The notes under the pieces were generated by a model. The model saw only the letters and a program-made list of their open reading frames with translations, did not search any database and had not been told where the DNA came from. DNA of 37,462 nt, from positions 1 through 37,462 of the forward strand of contig JAUWIR010000001.1 of NCBI GenBank assembly GCA_030605265.1, in the 5' to 3' direction. Each line of letters begins with the position of its first letter. Position 1 is the first letter of the stretch. This stretch comes from Pseudomonadota bacterium (GTDB taxonomy: Bacteria > SZUA-182 > DTGQ01). Positions 25,921-34,750 of the stretch are shown here, one piece after another. The translations under genes and the position numbers were made by a program.

Positions 25921-26748
25921 TTATTTATATGCGATTAATTTAATTGTCATTAATTTATCAAATATATTAGGGCACAATACATTTGGTAACATACTATACA
26001 AAATCTCAGCTATAAAATTTATTTCACATGGTAAAATTAACGGCTTAATATATTTGTTATGAAATTTTAATGAATATAACCTTCTAAATTTATTAAACCC
26101 TATAGATTTCATAATATTTTTCATTTCTCTATAAGTTGATTCATTGAGATGAAATCCTAATGCCGCACATGCATCAGGGAATTCTTCTTTTGTAATATCA
26201 TGTGGCCCATTAAGCCGATTTGGCACAATAACAATGTATTTTCCTCCAGGCTTCAACACATTAAAAACTTGCTGCAGATGTTCTTTAGCATCTTCTGGAT
26301 GCAAGTGTTCAAACATATCAATGCTGACACATAGGGTAAATTCATTATTACTAAAATGGTCATAGAGTTCGAAAGCTGAACATTGCTTGATTTCTGCGTT
26401 TTTAATTTTGTGCTGGAATAAAATACCTCTAGCTTCCTTTATTGATGGTTCAGATACATCAACTCCTACTATCGAATTAACATAGGGTGCGAGTCCTAAA
26501 CATGTATAGCCGCGTCCACACCCAACTTCTAAGACACGATCATTTTTAGTGGCCATTTTAGACAATAAATAAACCAATTTTTTAGATGTCCCTGCAGTTC
26601 TTTTTTCAGGACTTTTACTTGTAAAACGTTTAATCGCAAGCTTTGAAACGGCGGAATAAGCTTCGCTATATAATTTTCTACGTTCTTCAGTATCACTTTC
26701 ACGCAGAAGTTTAGCATATTCAAATTCTAATTTTTTATAATCCTCCAT
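25921..26748 (-). CDS. class I SAM-dependent methyltransferase
   Basis: VLEVGCGRGYTCLGLA (motif I), VGVDVS and LKPGGKYIVIVPN. Confidence 0.8.
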   Translation of the reverse strand: MEDYKKLEFEYAKLLRESDTEERRKLYSEAYSAVSKLAIKRFTSKSPEKRTAGTSKKLVYLLSKMATKNDRVLEVGCGRGYTCLGLAPYVNSIVGVDVSEPSIKEARGILFQHKIKNAEIKQCSAFELYDHFSNNEFTLCVSIDMFEHLHPEDAKEHLQQVFNVLKPGGKYIVIVPNRLNGPHDITKEEFPDACAALGFHLNESTYREMKNIMKSIGFNKFRRLYSLKFHNKYIKPLILPCEINFIAEILYSMLPNVLCPNIFDKLMTIKLIAYK

Positions 26749-26784
26749 TTATTATTAACTCCCTCAGCGATACAAAAAAATAGG

Positions 26785-26912
26785 GATCTTCCCTCTGCCT
26801 CTGCCTCTGAACTGACAAATTCATCGATAAAGGAAGATCTCTCCATACACAATCACCCCAAAGTTTTAGGATCTCTTCGCGCTACTATACTCGCACAGAT
26901 CCCTTGATGATC
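26785..26912 (-). promoter_or_regulatory. cluster of five GATC-containing direct motifs (RGATCTYTY) upstream of the methyltransferase/flippase operon
   Basis: GATC occurs at 26785, 26836, 26870, 26898 and 26909, each within GGATCTTCC / AGATCTCTCC / GGATCTCTTC / AGATCCCTT / TGATCTTTT. The nearest site is 37 nt from the ATG at 26748. Confidence 0.35.
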
Positions 26913-27136
26913 TTTTGACTTCATTATTCGTGTTAGTCGCCGAATCATGACTCCAAAATCCGACCTTCTCTTCCCTTTTATCCATTATTTTTTCTCATCC
27001 GCAAGCCAAATTTTCCTCTCTTGCTTAAATGGACTCATTTTTTTAACCCATTTCTATCCTATTTTTCATCGCCGATGTCTAATTTTTAAGTTTTCCACAA
27101 AAATATTAAAACTGCTCTCGATTCCAATAAATATGC

Positions 27137-27258
27137 CCTAGTGTCATGTCAACCTTCAAATGTTGAATAAAGTTAAATTTTTTTTTATCTATATTCCTGG
27201 TTGATAATAAAAAAAGACCTTATTATTGTATGACATTACAGCGTTGACTGACACTAGG
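27137..27258. repeat. 16-17-nt inverted repeat flanking an 89-nt AT-rich spacer
   Basis: CCTAGTGTCATGTCAAC (27137-27153) pairs with GTTGACTGACACTAGG (27243-27258), with one indel. Confidence 0.6.
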
Positions 27259-27374
27259 CTCTGGGTATGTAGATTGCTGTTGTCATGCTTTCCCTCTTTT
27301 GTTGAATTGTTAGTTTTTAGAAAGTACATTAAATGATACCTCCCAGGGAAATCGTGACACTTTAATATATCATT

Positions 27375-28349
27375 TTAATGAAGAAAATACGCCTTAATTA
27401 TCGTTGATTCAAGCCCATCTACACATGCCACCCATTTGTTTTGATCAAGTTGATGAGGATCAATTTGATGCATTCCTTTTGAATTCCAGCCTATTCCGCT
27501 AGCTTTCAGTATTGGAGAATCATTTACTTGTTTTTCTGAAAAATTAGTAGTTGTAAGTTCTGTTATTTCGAAAGCCCATATTTGATTCCCATAGGTTGGA
27601 TAGTCATCCTGCGCATACCTAATAATTCGGTTACCAATTACTAAAATTCTACCACCTGGTCTGGCTATGTTTGGATTTGATATGATAGGACTCTTAGGAT
27701 GTTCTTTCCAAGGACCTGTTAAACTATCAGCGTAATAAAGGCTAAGCAAATCATGGCCGGAAGGGTTAGTCTCAGTTAAAATCCACCACTTTCCATCATA
27801 TTGAAATATCGATGTGTCCACATAGTTTCCAATGAGTAAATTTTTCACAAATGACCAATGCGTGGGGAAATTAGTTGCCTTATATAATCTAACCGCATTG
27901 GCTCGACCAGTCTCAGGAATCATATAGTATTCATCGCACCATTTAAAAACGTATGGGTAGGACAAATGAAATGGTTCATCAAGGACTACCTTCTCATAGG
28001 TCCAATTTAAAACGTCATTACTTGTTGCAAGACCTATATCACCTTGATTTGTTTTGTAATTTAAAATCTCAAAAAACATATACCACATAGAGCCTTCCTT
28101 AACCATAAAAGGGTCAGCAACAAATTTCGCTCGTATATCTGTTACATGCTCAGCAGTTAAAACAGGATTCTTAACAGCTTGAGAAGGAGCAAAATCAAAT
28201 GGGGTTTCGCCCGTATAGATTCCTATGGACCATATATTTTGTTTAGAAATGAAAGGGATACCACTTTTTTGAACCTGCATCCCTATGATAAAGCCGCCTG
28301 CTAAAAAAAACAGTAATGTGAAAAAAAAATTTTTATGGTATTTTGTCAT
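27375..28349 (-). CDS. signal-anchored GH43-like five-bladed beta-propeller protein (putative EPS hydrolase/transferase)
   Basis: N-terminal TM segment FFFTLLFFLAGGFIIGM. FVADPFMVKEGSMWYMFFE, HLSYPYVFKWCDEYYMIPE and YVDTSIFQYDGKWWIL resemble the repeated Asp-containing blades of clan GH-F propellers. Confidence 0.5.
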   Translation of the reverse strand: MTKYHKNFFFTLLFFLAGGFIIGMQVQKSGIPFISKQNIWSIGIYTGETPFDFAPSQAVKNPVLTAEHVTDIRAKFVADPFMVKEGSMWYMFFEILNYKTNQGDIGLATSNDVLNWTYEKVVLDEPFHLSYPYVFKWCDEYYMIPETGRANAVRLYKATNFPTHWSFVKNLLIGNYVDTSIFQYDGKWWILTETNPSGHDLLSLYYADSLTGPWKEHPKSPIISNPNIARPGGRILVIGNRIIRYAQDDYPTYGNQIWAFEITELTTTNFSEKQVNDSPILKASGIGWNSKGMHQIDPHQLDQNKWVACVDGLESTIIKAYFLH

Positions 28350-28541
28350 TATTCTTTATAACGTATCTAAGATAAGGGGTATTATAGAGAAGATGCCACA
28401 GCTTCGCCCCCTCGATTCCATTGATCCTTTTGAAATCGACAAGCAAAAATATTTTGTATGTAAATACTATTATTCATAAACTGTTTGATACTGTATGTTT
28501 AATCTTGGTTGTAGTAGTAGTATAAATATATTAAATCCAAT

Positions 28542-29843
28542 CTAATTCAATTCAGCAGATTGATCAGGTTTCTGCTGATGATAATATCCATAATGGTGAC
28601 GATAATAGCCATAGGAATAATATCCGTTCTTCTTCATATCCAGGCGGTTAAGGATAACGCCGTAAATATTTGCCTTCACAGCTTCAAGTTGCTGTTTGCA
28701 CTTTTGCACACCTTTGCGATTAGACTGCCCCACATGCACCACCAAGATTACTCCATCTACTTGTGAAGACAGGATACAGGCATCGCTTACAGCATTAACC
28801 GGCGGGGAATCAAAAATAATGGTATCGAATCGTTCTTTTAAAATACCAATTAACTCTTGTATTCTTCGAGAACCTAATAATTCCGTTGGATTAGAGGGAA
28901 TCGGCCCTGAATTCAAAATTTTCAAGTTATTTACCGGACAATCTTGAAGATATGAAGAAATCTTTTGATCAATAAAAGGGATATTTTCTGTTTTCAGTTT
29001 CAGCTTTTGAATGTTTTGAAAAAATTCATTATTCCCCCATCCATTCCCGCTAATCGAAGAATAACCCTCTAAAAATCTCTCTTCTTTAAAGGAAAACTTC
29101 CCCTGACGCAGTGAATAAATTTGGCGCAACAGCCCGGCAAGGTGAAGTTTTAAGGGCCCCTCAAGATCTTGAGGAGAAATTAAGTTCATATTCATTAATA
29201 TGGTTCCTAATTTTTCCTGAGCATAAACTTGTCTTTTTAAAGCTTTCATTTGCTGATCCGGAGTTATTTTCCCGCTTTCTATCAATAAGTTGCCAATACG
29301 CTCTTCTTCCGGACGATTTTTCCATTGAGCATCTTTCAAATAACCATCATGAAACCGGAGATGGTAAATTTGACCATTCTCTGAAATAGTCAATAAGCCG
29401 CTTTTACCCTGCATATTTAAAATATGAAACAAATCACCTATGCCATATTGAGAAAGGTCTCCTTCAGTCAGATTAGGAGTATATACATCAATCAAAAGCT
29501 TGGTTAATCCTTGATTGCGGTCATGACCAAATACCTTATAGAGGGAAGGCATCCGCAAGTCCGTATCTAGCAGTAAAACTTTTTGTCCTGCCTGGGCCAT
29601 GGTCAGCGCTAGATTAATGGCCATAGTGGTTTTACCTTCTTGAGGAAAGCTGCTGGTTATCAGCAGAAGTTTGCCTGGTTTTTCATTAAAAGAATAATGA
29701 ATATTTGTGCGTAATGTCTTAAAGGACTCACTAAAAGAAGAGGATAAATTCTCATCAATAATTAGGGAATACGACCCATTATTCCTTTTTGATTTTTTTA
29801 AGGTTTCCTTCTGCTTTTCTTCCGGCTCTTTTATCATTTTCAT
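28542..29843 (-). CDS. BY-type polysaccharide tyrosine autokinase with an inserted DUF4388-like plus MshEN-like (putative c-di-GMP-binding) module
   Basis: Walker A SSFPQEGKTT, Walker A' LLLDTDLR, Walker B TIIFDSPP and a C-terminal Tyr cluster YYSYGYYRHHYGYYH are present. About 180 extra residues (122-300) lie between A' and the SGPIPSNPTELL block. Confidence 0.85.
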   Translation of the reverse strand: MKMIKEPEEKQKETLKKSKRNNGSYSLIIDENLSSSFSESFKTLRTNIHYSFNEKPGKLLLITSSFPQEGKTTMAINLALTMAQAGQKVLLLDTDLRMPSLYKVFGHDRNQGLTKLLIDVYTPNLTEGDLSQYGIGDLFHILNMQGKSGLLTISENGQIYHLRFHDGYLKDAQWKNRPEEERIGNLLIESGKITPDQQMKALKRQVYAQEKLGTILMNMNLISPQDLEGPLKLHLAGLLRQIYSLRQGKFSFKEERFLEGYSSISGNGWGNNEFFQNIQKLKLKTENIPFIDQKISSYLQDCPVNNLKILNSGPIPSNPTELLGSRRIQELIGILKERFDTIIFDSPPVNAVSDACILSSQVDGVILVVHVGQSNRKGVQKCKQQLEAVKANIYGVILNRLDMKKNGYYSYGYYRHHYGYYHQQKPDQSAELN

Positions 29844-29845
29844 GA

Positions 29846-31384
29846 TTAACCCTTTTCCACTTCAGGTACAATTCCCAATACCGGCAATTGAAGATATTGC
29901 TGCACATCTTCTTCCGTTTTAATGCTTGTTTCCAAATATTCCAACAAAAAGGACAACCCAATGCCGGACATAAGCCCTAATATAATCCCCAATATAATAT
30001 TCAATTTCTTTTTAGGTTTTATAGGAAATTTAGGCAAGGCAGCAGGTTCTATAAGACGAATATAAGACTTGCCCATACTTTCGTTTATTTGGGTTTCTTT
30101 AAGCTTATTCAGCATAATCTCGTAAAGACTTTTATTTGTTTCAACCTCTCGTTCTAATACTGCGTATTGAAGCTCCTTCTTATTAGTCAGTAGGGCATCC
30201 TTTTCGTAATCCTTAATGGCCTGCAAAAGGGTATCTCCCTTGGACTGAAGAATAGAATCTTCCGTGAGCATACTGTTATAGGCCTTCCGGAGTTTATTAT
30301 CAAATTCCGCTCTCAGGACTTCGATTCTATTGCTTAAATTCAAGCTTTTGGGGTGCTTATTTTTATATTTTGTTTTCAATGCCTTTAGCTCAATCTGAGT
30401 ATCAGTTAACTCTTTGCCGAGTTCTACTAAAATTGGGTCATTTAAAAGATCCGCTCCACTATATTTTTTATTTCTTCTAGACATAATTTTTTCCAATTCA
30501 GCAATACGGGCTTTCATTTCCATCCGCTGCGTTCTTACCTTGAGGTAAGAAGCGCTCACTTCACCAATCTTTTGGGTATTGATATCTTGTTTTCCCTTGA
30601 TGGAAAAAATTTTATTATCATTTTTAAATTTATAAAACCCTCGTTCAGACTCAGCTAATTTATTCTTCATCTCATTGATCTGTAATGAAATCCAATCCAT
30701 AAATTTATTAGCGGCATTAAAGCGGCTGGTAATATCATACTCTATATAGGCTTCCACTAATCCATTGGCTATTTTTTGCGCCCATACAGGGTCCTCATCC
30801 ATTACACTGATATTAATAAAACGGGTGTCCGGGACCTGTTCAGTGGTTATTTTCTCTTTTAGGCTGGAAACCAAGGCAATCATTTCAGAATTCATTTTCT
30901 GCTCGGAAGACAAATCAAAAGTATCTGCTTGCTCATCAACGCTTTGGTTAAAGGATGGAAAGAAATTTTGAATGGTTTCTTTGAATTTTTTTATATTTTC
31001 CCGAAGGGCTATTTTGAAAGGAGATAAACTCTCTATGGCCTGATTTTTCTGTTTTTCATAACGTTCTTTAAATTGAAGGTTCTTGACTGCTCTCTCAAGC
31101 ACGGGATAGCTGGTGATCGTTTTAAACTGGGTATTAAAGGTAAGCTCTTCAGATAAATAACTCTCGTAATCCAGATATTCTAATTCTCTTCCTGTAACAA
31201 TGGATTTGCTCCTCTCCTTATCAATAATCATCTGGGATTGGGCTTGATAGACGGGAGTTAAAGTGTAATTGCCGATTATGACAGTAGTAACTGTAATAAA
31301 TAAGCAGGCAATGATAAGCCATTTGTTCTTGCGTAAGAGATTCAGGTAATCTAGTAAATGCACTTCCTTTTGCACATCATCCAT
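29846..31384 (-). CDS. Wzz/GumC-type polysaccharide co-polymerase (chain-length determinant), partner of the kinase
   Basis: I prefer ATG 31384 (MDDVQKEVHLLDYLNLLRKNKWLIIACLF...TPVYQA, a Wzz motif plus TM1). It has a long coiled-coil periplasmic region and a C-terminal TM, LNIILGIILGLMSGIGLSFLLEYL. The stop lies 2 nt before the kinase ATG. Confidence 0.85.
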   Translation of the reverse strand: MDDVQKEVHLLDYLNLLRKNKWLIIACLFITVTTVIIGNYTLTPVYQAQSQMIIDKERSKSIVTGRELEYLDYESYLSEELTFNTQFKTITSYPVLERAVKNLQFKERYEKQKNQAIESLSPFKIALRENIKKFKETIQNFFPSFNQSVDEQADTFDLSSEQKMNSEMIALVSSLKEKITTEQVPDTRFINISVMDEDPVWAQKIANGLVEAYIEYDITSRFNAANKFMDWISLQINEMKNKLAESERGFYKFKNDNKIFSIKGKQDINTQKIGEVSASYLKVRTQRMEMKARIAELEKIMSRRNKKYSGADLLNDPILVELGKELTDTQIELKALKTKYKNKHPKSLNLSNRIEVLRAEFDNKLRKAYNSMLTEDSILQSKGDTLLQAIKDYEKDALLTNKKELQYAVLEREVETNKSLYEIMLNKLKETQINESMGKSYIRLIEPAALPKFPIKPKKKLNIILGIILGLMSGIGLSFLLEYLETSIKTEEDVQQYLQLPVLGIVPEVEKG

Positions 31385-31510
31385 ATGGTATTTTTCGCTC
31401 TTAGCCAATAGGTTTAAGAAGTTTCGCCTTTTACTTGCACTACTTCTGCAATACAAAAAACCTAAAATCAAATCTTTAAATACAGTCAGATATTGTTACC
31501 ATATTTCTTT

Positions 31511-32398
31511 TTACCAAAAACTTTCCTGAATGTATAAACGGTCTCCTGGTTGTAATTGGATATCCTGCTTTTTACCCTTCTTAATCTTATTTAGATTAAC
31601 TTTGAATACCTGTTGTTGTCTTCCAATATTTCGGGTTAAAATAGTGCGATTAGGAGCTGCGTTTTTTTCAAAACCTCCAGCCATAATACACGCATTAAGC
31701 GCTGAAAGGCCTTTTTGATAATCATAGGCCCCGGGTTTTTTTACATTGCCTGAAATATATACCTGGTGTTTTAAAATATTGCCGTCTTTCTTTCCAGTAA
31801 AAAAGATGATATCGCCTGATCGGACCGGTATATTATAGGTTAAATTTCCTTTTTTAAGCAATTCATCCAAATCTATAGAAACAGGTTTTATTTCTTCAAT
31901 CAAGGAAGAAATATCCTCATTTGAGGATGTTATTTTTCTATGATCACCTGCTTGAAATATATTGATTTGGCTGCCGATATTATCACTTACCCCACCGGCC
32001 CGAGAAATGATTTCCAATAAAGAAGTGGCGCTGGTAAGAGCATAAAGCCCCGGGCTTTTAATTTCCCCCAAAACCAGGACCTTCTGGCTATGATATTCTT
32101 TGATGGCAACATCTACCTGAGGATCAACCAAATAATCGCTTCCAAGCAGATAGGCGATTTTTTCTTTAACTTGAGAAATTGTCAGGCCTGAAATATGTAC
32201 AGTGTCGAGCAAAGGATAATTAATTTTCCCGTCTTGCGCCACTATAACGTCTTTATCCAAATCCGGCTCCCCCCAAACATTAATTTTTAAAATGTCCCCA
32301 GACCCTATATAATAATTATTTTGGCGTCCCAAAATGATGTTGGGAATAAAAAGAAAAAAAGATATTAATAAACCTATGATTAAACTATAAATTTTCAT
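31511..32398 (-). CDS. Wza-type outer-membrane polysaccharide export protein
   Basis: Signal sequence is present. YYIGSGDILKINVWGEPDL...DGKINYPLLDTVHISGLT is a Poly_export motif, followed by SLBB-like repeats. Confidence 0.9.
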   Translation of the reverse strand: MKIYSLIIGLLISFFLFIPNIILGRQNNYYIGSGDILKINVWGEPDLDKDVIVAQDGKINYPLLDTVHISGLTISQVKEKIAYLLGSDYLVDPQVDVAIKEYHSQKVLVLGEIKSPGLYALTSATSLLEIISRAGGVSDNIGSQINIFQAGDHRKITSSNEDISSLIEEIKPVSIDLDELLKKGNLTYNIPVRSGDIIFFTGKKDGNILKHQVYISGNVKKPGAYDYQKGLSALNACIMAGGFEKNAAPNRTILTRNIGRQQQVFKVNLNKIKKGKKQDIQLQPGDRLYIQESFW

Positions 32399-32629
32399 AT
32401 CTTAATATACCCTTCGGCAAGAGCAGCGTTTAGCTGCAAAATTAAATTTTCATTATTTAAAAATTATGAATTTAGAACTGGCTAATATAATGCATATTTT
32501 AGTTATAAGGTAAAAAAGTCTGTTGTCGAGAAAACTTAAAATTAACAAAAAAATATTTTTATTTGTTACCCGTCCCTGACAATCAGAAACAACCGAAGTG
32601 CGCCGTCCTTCATAATAATTATACCCCCT

Positions 32630-34042
32630 TTAATATGCCCCTTCACGCCGCAAGGAAACCCATAAGGTTTTAGTGAGAATAAAAAAATCATACCATAATG
32701 ACCAATTATCAATATATTTTAAATCCAGCTTTACAATCTCATCAAAATTAGTTATGGAATTTCGCCCGCTCACTTGCCATAACCCTGTTAATCCCGGTTT
32801 CATCGATAAGCGGCGTTTATGCCACAGATCATATTTTTCTACTTCATCCAAAGTAGGGGGGCGAGTCCCCACCAAAGACATTTCTCTTTTTAAGACATTG
32901 ATAAACTGAGGCCATTCATCTAAACTAAATTTCCTTAACAATCCTCCAACTTTGGTAATACGGGGATCATTTTTGATTTTAAATACAGCCCCCTCCAATT
33001 GATTCTCCTTCAGCAATTCCTTTTTTCGCTTTTCCGCATCCTGATACATTGACCGAAATTTAAATAGAGTAAAAATGCGGCCATTTTCCCCTATTCGTTT
33101 TTGCTTAAATAAAACAGGCCCCGGTGATTCAAATTTTATGGCCAGACCAATTACCGGATACATTAAAATAAAAATCAAAGAACCGACCAACCCACCGAAA
33201 ATGTCAACCAGGTTCTTTACCATTCCGTCAAGTGGACTTAATTTAATAGGATAATACGTAATCAAGGGTATTCCATCGATATTCCCTAAAAAGGTACTGG
33301 AAATTTTTACTGCAGGATTTGGTATGGCTACATGAGAGGAGATACCCATGGATTCAATATCGAGAATAGTGCTTTTTAAATCAGTAATTGATTTCTCACA
33401 AGGACAAAAAATAACATTATCTACAGCTTCTTTGAATAAAAGAGCTTTCAGATCGTTAAAGCTCCCCCAAATGGGATATTTTTCTACTATAGTTGAAAAA
33501 AGACCTTCATTTTCATTCCCTTCCTTAACAATGCCAACAATTCGAAGGCCCCAATGAATATTTTCTTCAATACTTGATACAATGCGGCAAGTGGCCCCTG
33601 AAAGCCCTACTATCAATGTTCTGCGATAATTGAAACCTCGAAATCGCAAATGATTAAGCATTAGTCTCATCAGCAACCGCCAGAGCGAGTGCAAACAAAT
33701 CAAAATCAAAACAAAATTGACCATGAAAAAGCGACTGAAGTGCTGAATTCGCCAAAAATAGATAACTAAACTGATAGCCATTAAATTTATGCAGTGAGAG
33801 AGAATTATTCGATTCACCGCCTCCCCAAACGTTTTATATCGAAAATCGTATAGTCCATAAGTGGTAAAGCAAACTGGTATAATGATTAATGAAACTATCA
33901 GAATCCAGACCAAGTCTTTAAACATTGGAGTTCCTTGTATTCCAAAGCGGATAGAGATCCCAAGCCAAAAAGATAAGAAAATTATAATGATATCAAAAAA
34001 TATAAGCATTTGCTTAATACCATAGGAATATTGCTTTAACAT
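32630..34042 (-). CDS. undecaprenyl-phosphate hexose-1-phosphate transferase (WbaP/EpsB-type priming sugar transferase)
   Basis: N-terminal TM bundle. PGPVLFKQKRIGENGRIFTLFKFRSM, SLDEWPQFINVLKREMSLVGTRPP and KPGLTGLWQVSGR are present. A strong SD (AAGGAGGGG) lies upstream. Confidence 0.9.
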   Translation of the reverse strand: MLKQYSYGIKQMLIFFDIIIIFLSFWLGISIRFGIQGTPMFKDLVWILIVSLIIIPVCFTTYGLYDFRYKTFGEAVNRIILSHCINLMAISLVIYFWRIQHFSRFFMVNFVLILICLHSLWRLLMRLMLNHLRFRGFNYRRTLIVGLSGATCRIVSSIEENIHWGLRIVGIVKEGNENEGLFSTIVEKYPIWGSFNDLKALLFKEAVDNVIFCPCEKSITDLKSTILDIESMGISSHVAIPNPAVKISSTFLGNIDGIPLITYYPIKLSPLDGMVKNLVDIFGGLVGSLIFILMYPVIGLAIKFESPGPVLFKQKRIGENGRIFTLFKFRSMYQDAEKRKKELLKENQLEGAVFKIKNDPRITKVGGLLRKFSLDEWPQFINVLKREMSLVGTRPPTLDEVEKYDLWHKRRLSMKPGLTGLWQVSGRNSITNFDEIVKLDLKYIDNWSLWYDFFILTKTLWVSLRREGAY

Positions 34043-34173
34043 TTATTCCACCCCTCCTTTTTCCTCACTTGAAACTCCGACCAATAGGAATAAAAAAATT
34101 TGCTTTACAAATTCCCTCGCCTGTTAAAATTCCGCTGATTATGTCCACTAGAGAATAGAATAATGTTGATAAA

Positions 34174-34189
34174 CGCAAAAAAAATGCCA
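34174..34189 (-). promoter_or_regulatory. sigma-54 (-24/-12) type promoter candidate for the sugar transferase / export operon
   Basis: The minus strand reads TTGGCATTTTTTTTGCG. TGGCA and TTGC have exactly the consensus spacing of TGGCACG-N4-TTGCW. The site is about 135-150 nt upstream of the ATG at 34042. Confidence 0.45.
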
Positions 34190-34480
34190 AGTATTAAATA
34201 ATTAGGTAATTAATGTTTCAATATGTTTCTTGTGACTGAACTGATAATTATATTTTGATAAAATTAAATTTTTTTGAGAAGGTATTTGAATCCAAGCAAT
34301 GAAATTAGCTAATTTACCTTACTGTAAATATATTTTCCCTGATCAGGTACTAAACATCTTGGAATCAGCACAGATTGTATAGTTTTTCTTGATGGTGAAG
34401 CAGTTTTTTTTATAGGATCTATTGTCATAAAAAATTGTATGAAAAAAATAAAATTTATACATAAAAAATATGTAACTACT

Positions 34481-34545
34481 CAGGTTCAAAAAAATAGGCA
34501 CAAAGGCACAGAGGTTGTAACTCCGCATAAATAAAATGAAAATTC
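34481..34545 (+). repeat. dispersed repeat family A, copy 3 (opposite orientation, two octamers)
   Basis: CAGGTTCAAAAAAATAGGCACAAAGGCACAGAGGTTGTAACTCCGCATAAATAAAATGAAAATTC is the reverse complement of the 1901 and 5243 type. Confidence 0.8.
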
Positions 34546-34630
34546 CAACCTATTGAATTATTCTCTCGCTAAGGCGCAAAGGACGCAAAGAAAGATATGA
34601 AAAAGATTAGCAAATCAACAATGATAATCT

Positions 34631-34743
34631 CGTAAAAAGTGAAAAGTAAAATGTGAAAAGTCTATATATAGTATGATTTTAAAAATATTTATACCACATA
34701 TAGACTTTTTTTAACTTTTTACTTTTAACCTTTTACTTTTTAC
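34631..34743. repeat. long imperfect palindrome of GTGAAAAGT / ACTTTTTAC words immediately 3' of the PEP-CTERM gene
   Basis: CGTAAAAAGTGAAAAGTAAAATGTGAAAAGTCTATAT pairs with ATATAGACTTTTTTTAACTTTTTACTTTTAACCTTTTACTTTTTACG. It may act as a transcript-end or attenuator structure. Confidence 0.55.
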
Positions 34744-34750
34744 GAATTCA

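Noticed and set aside
32478-32494. Plus-strand sigma-54-like match CTGGCTAATATAATGCA, with GG and GC in the consensus register.
   Set aside because: It points into the antisense of the sugar transferase gene, with no plus-strand gene downstream. Minimal TGG-N10-TGC matches are expected several times by chance in 37 kb of AT-rich DNA.
32566-32613. 15-aa ORF MKDGALRLFLIVRDG with a strong AAGGGGG SD, just after the sugar transferase stop.
   Set aside because: It is too short and featureless to call. It could be a chance ORF or at most a coupling or leader peptide, and conservation cannot be judged from one sequence.
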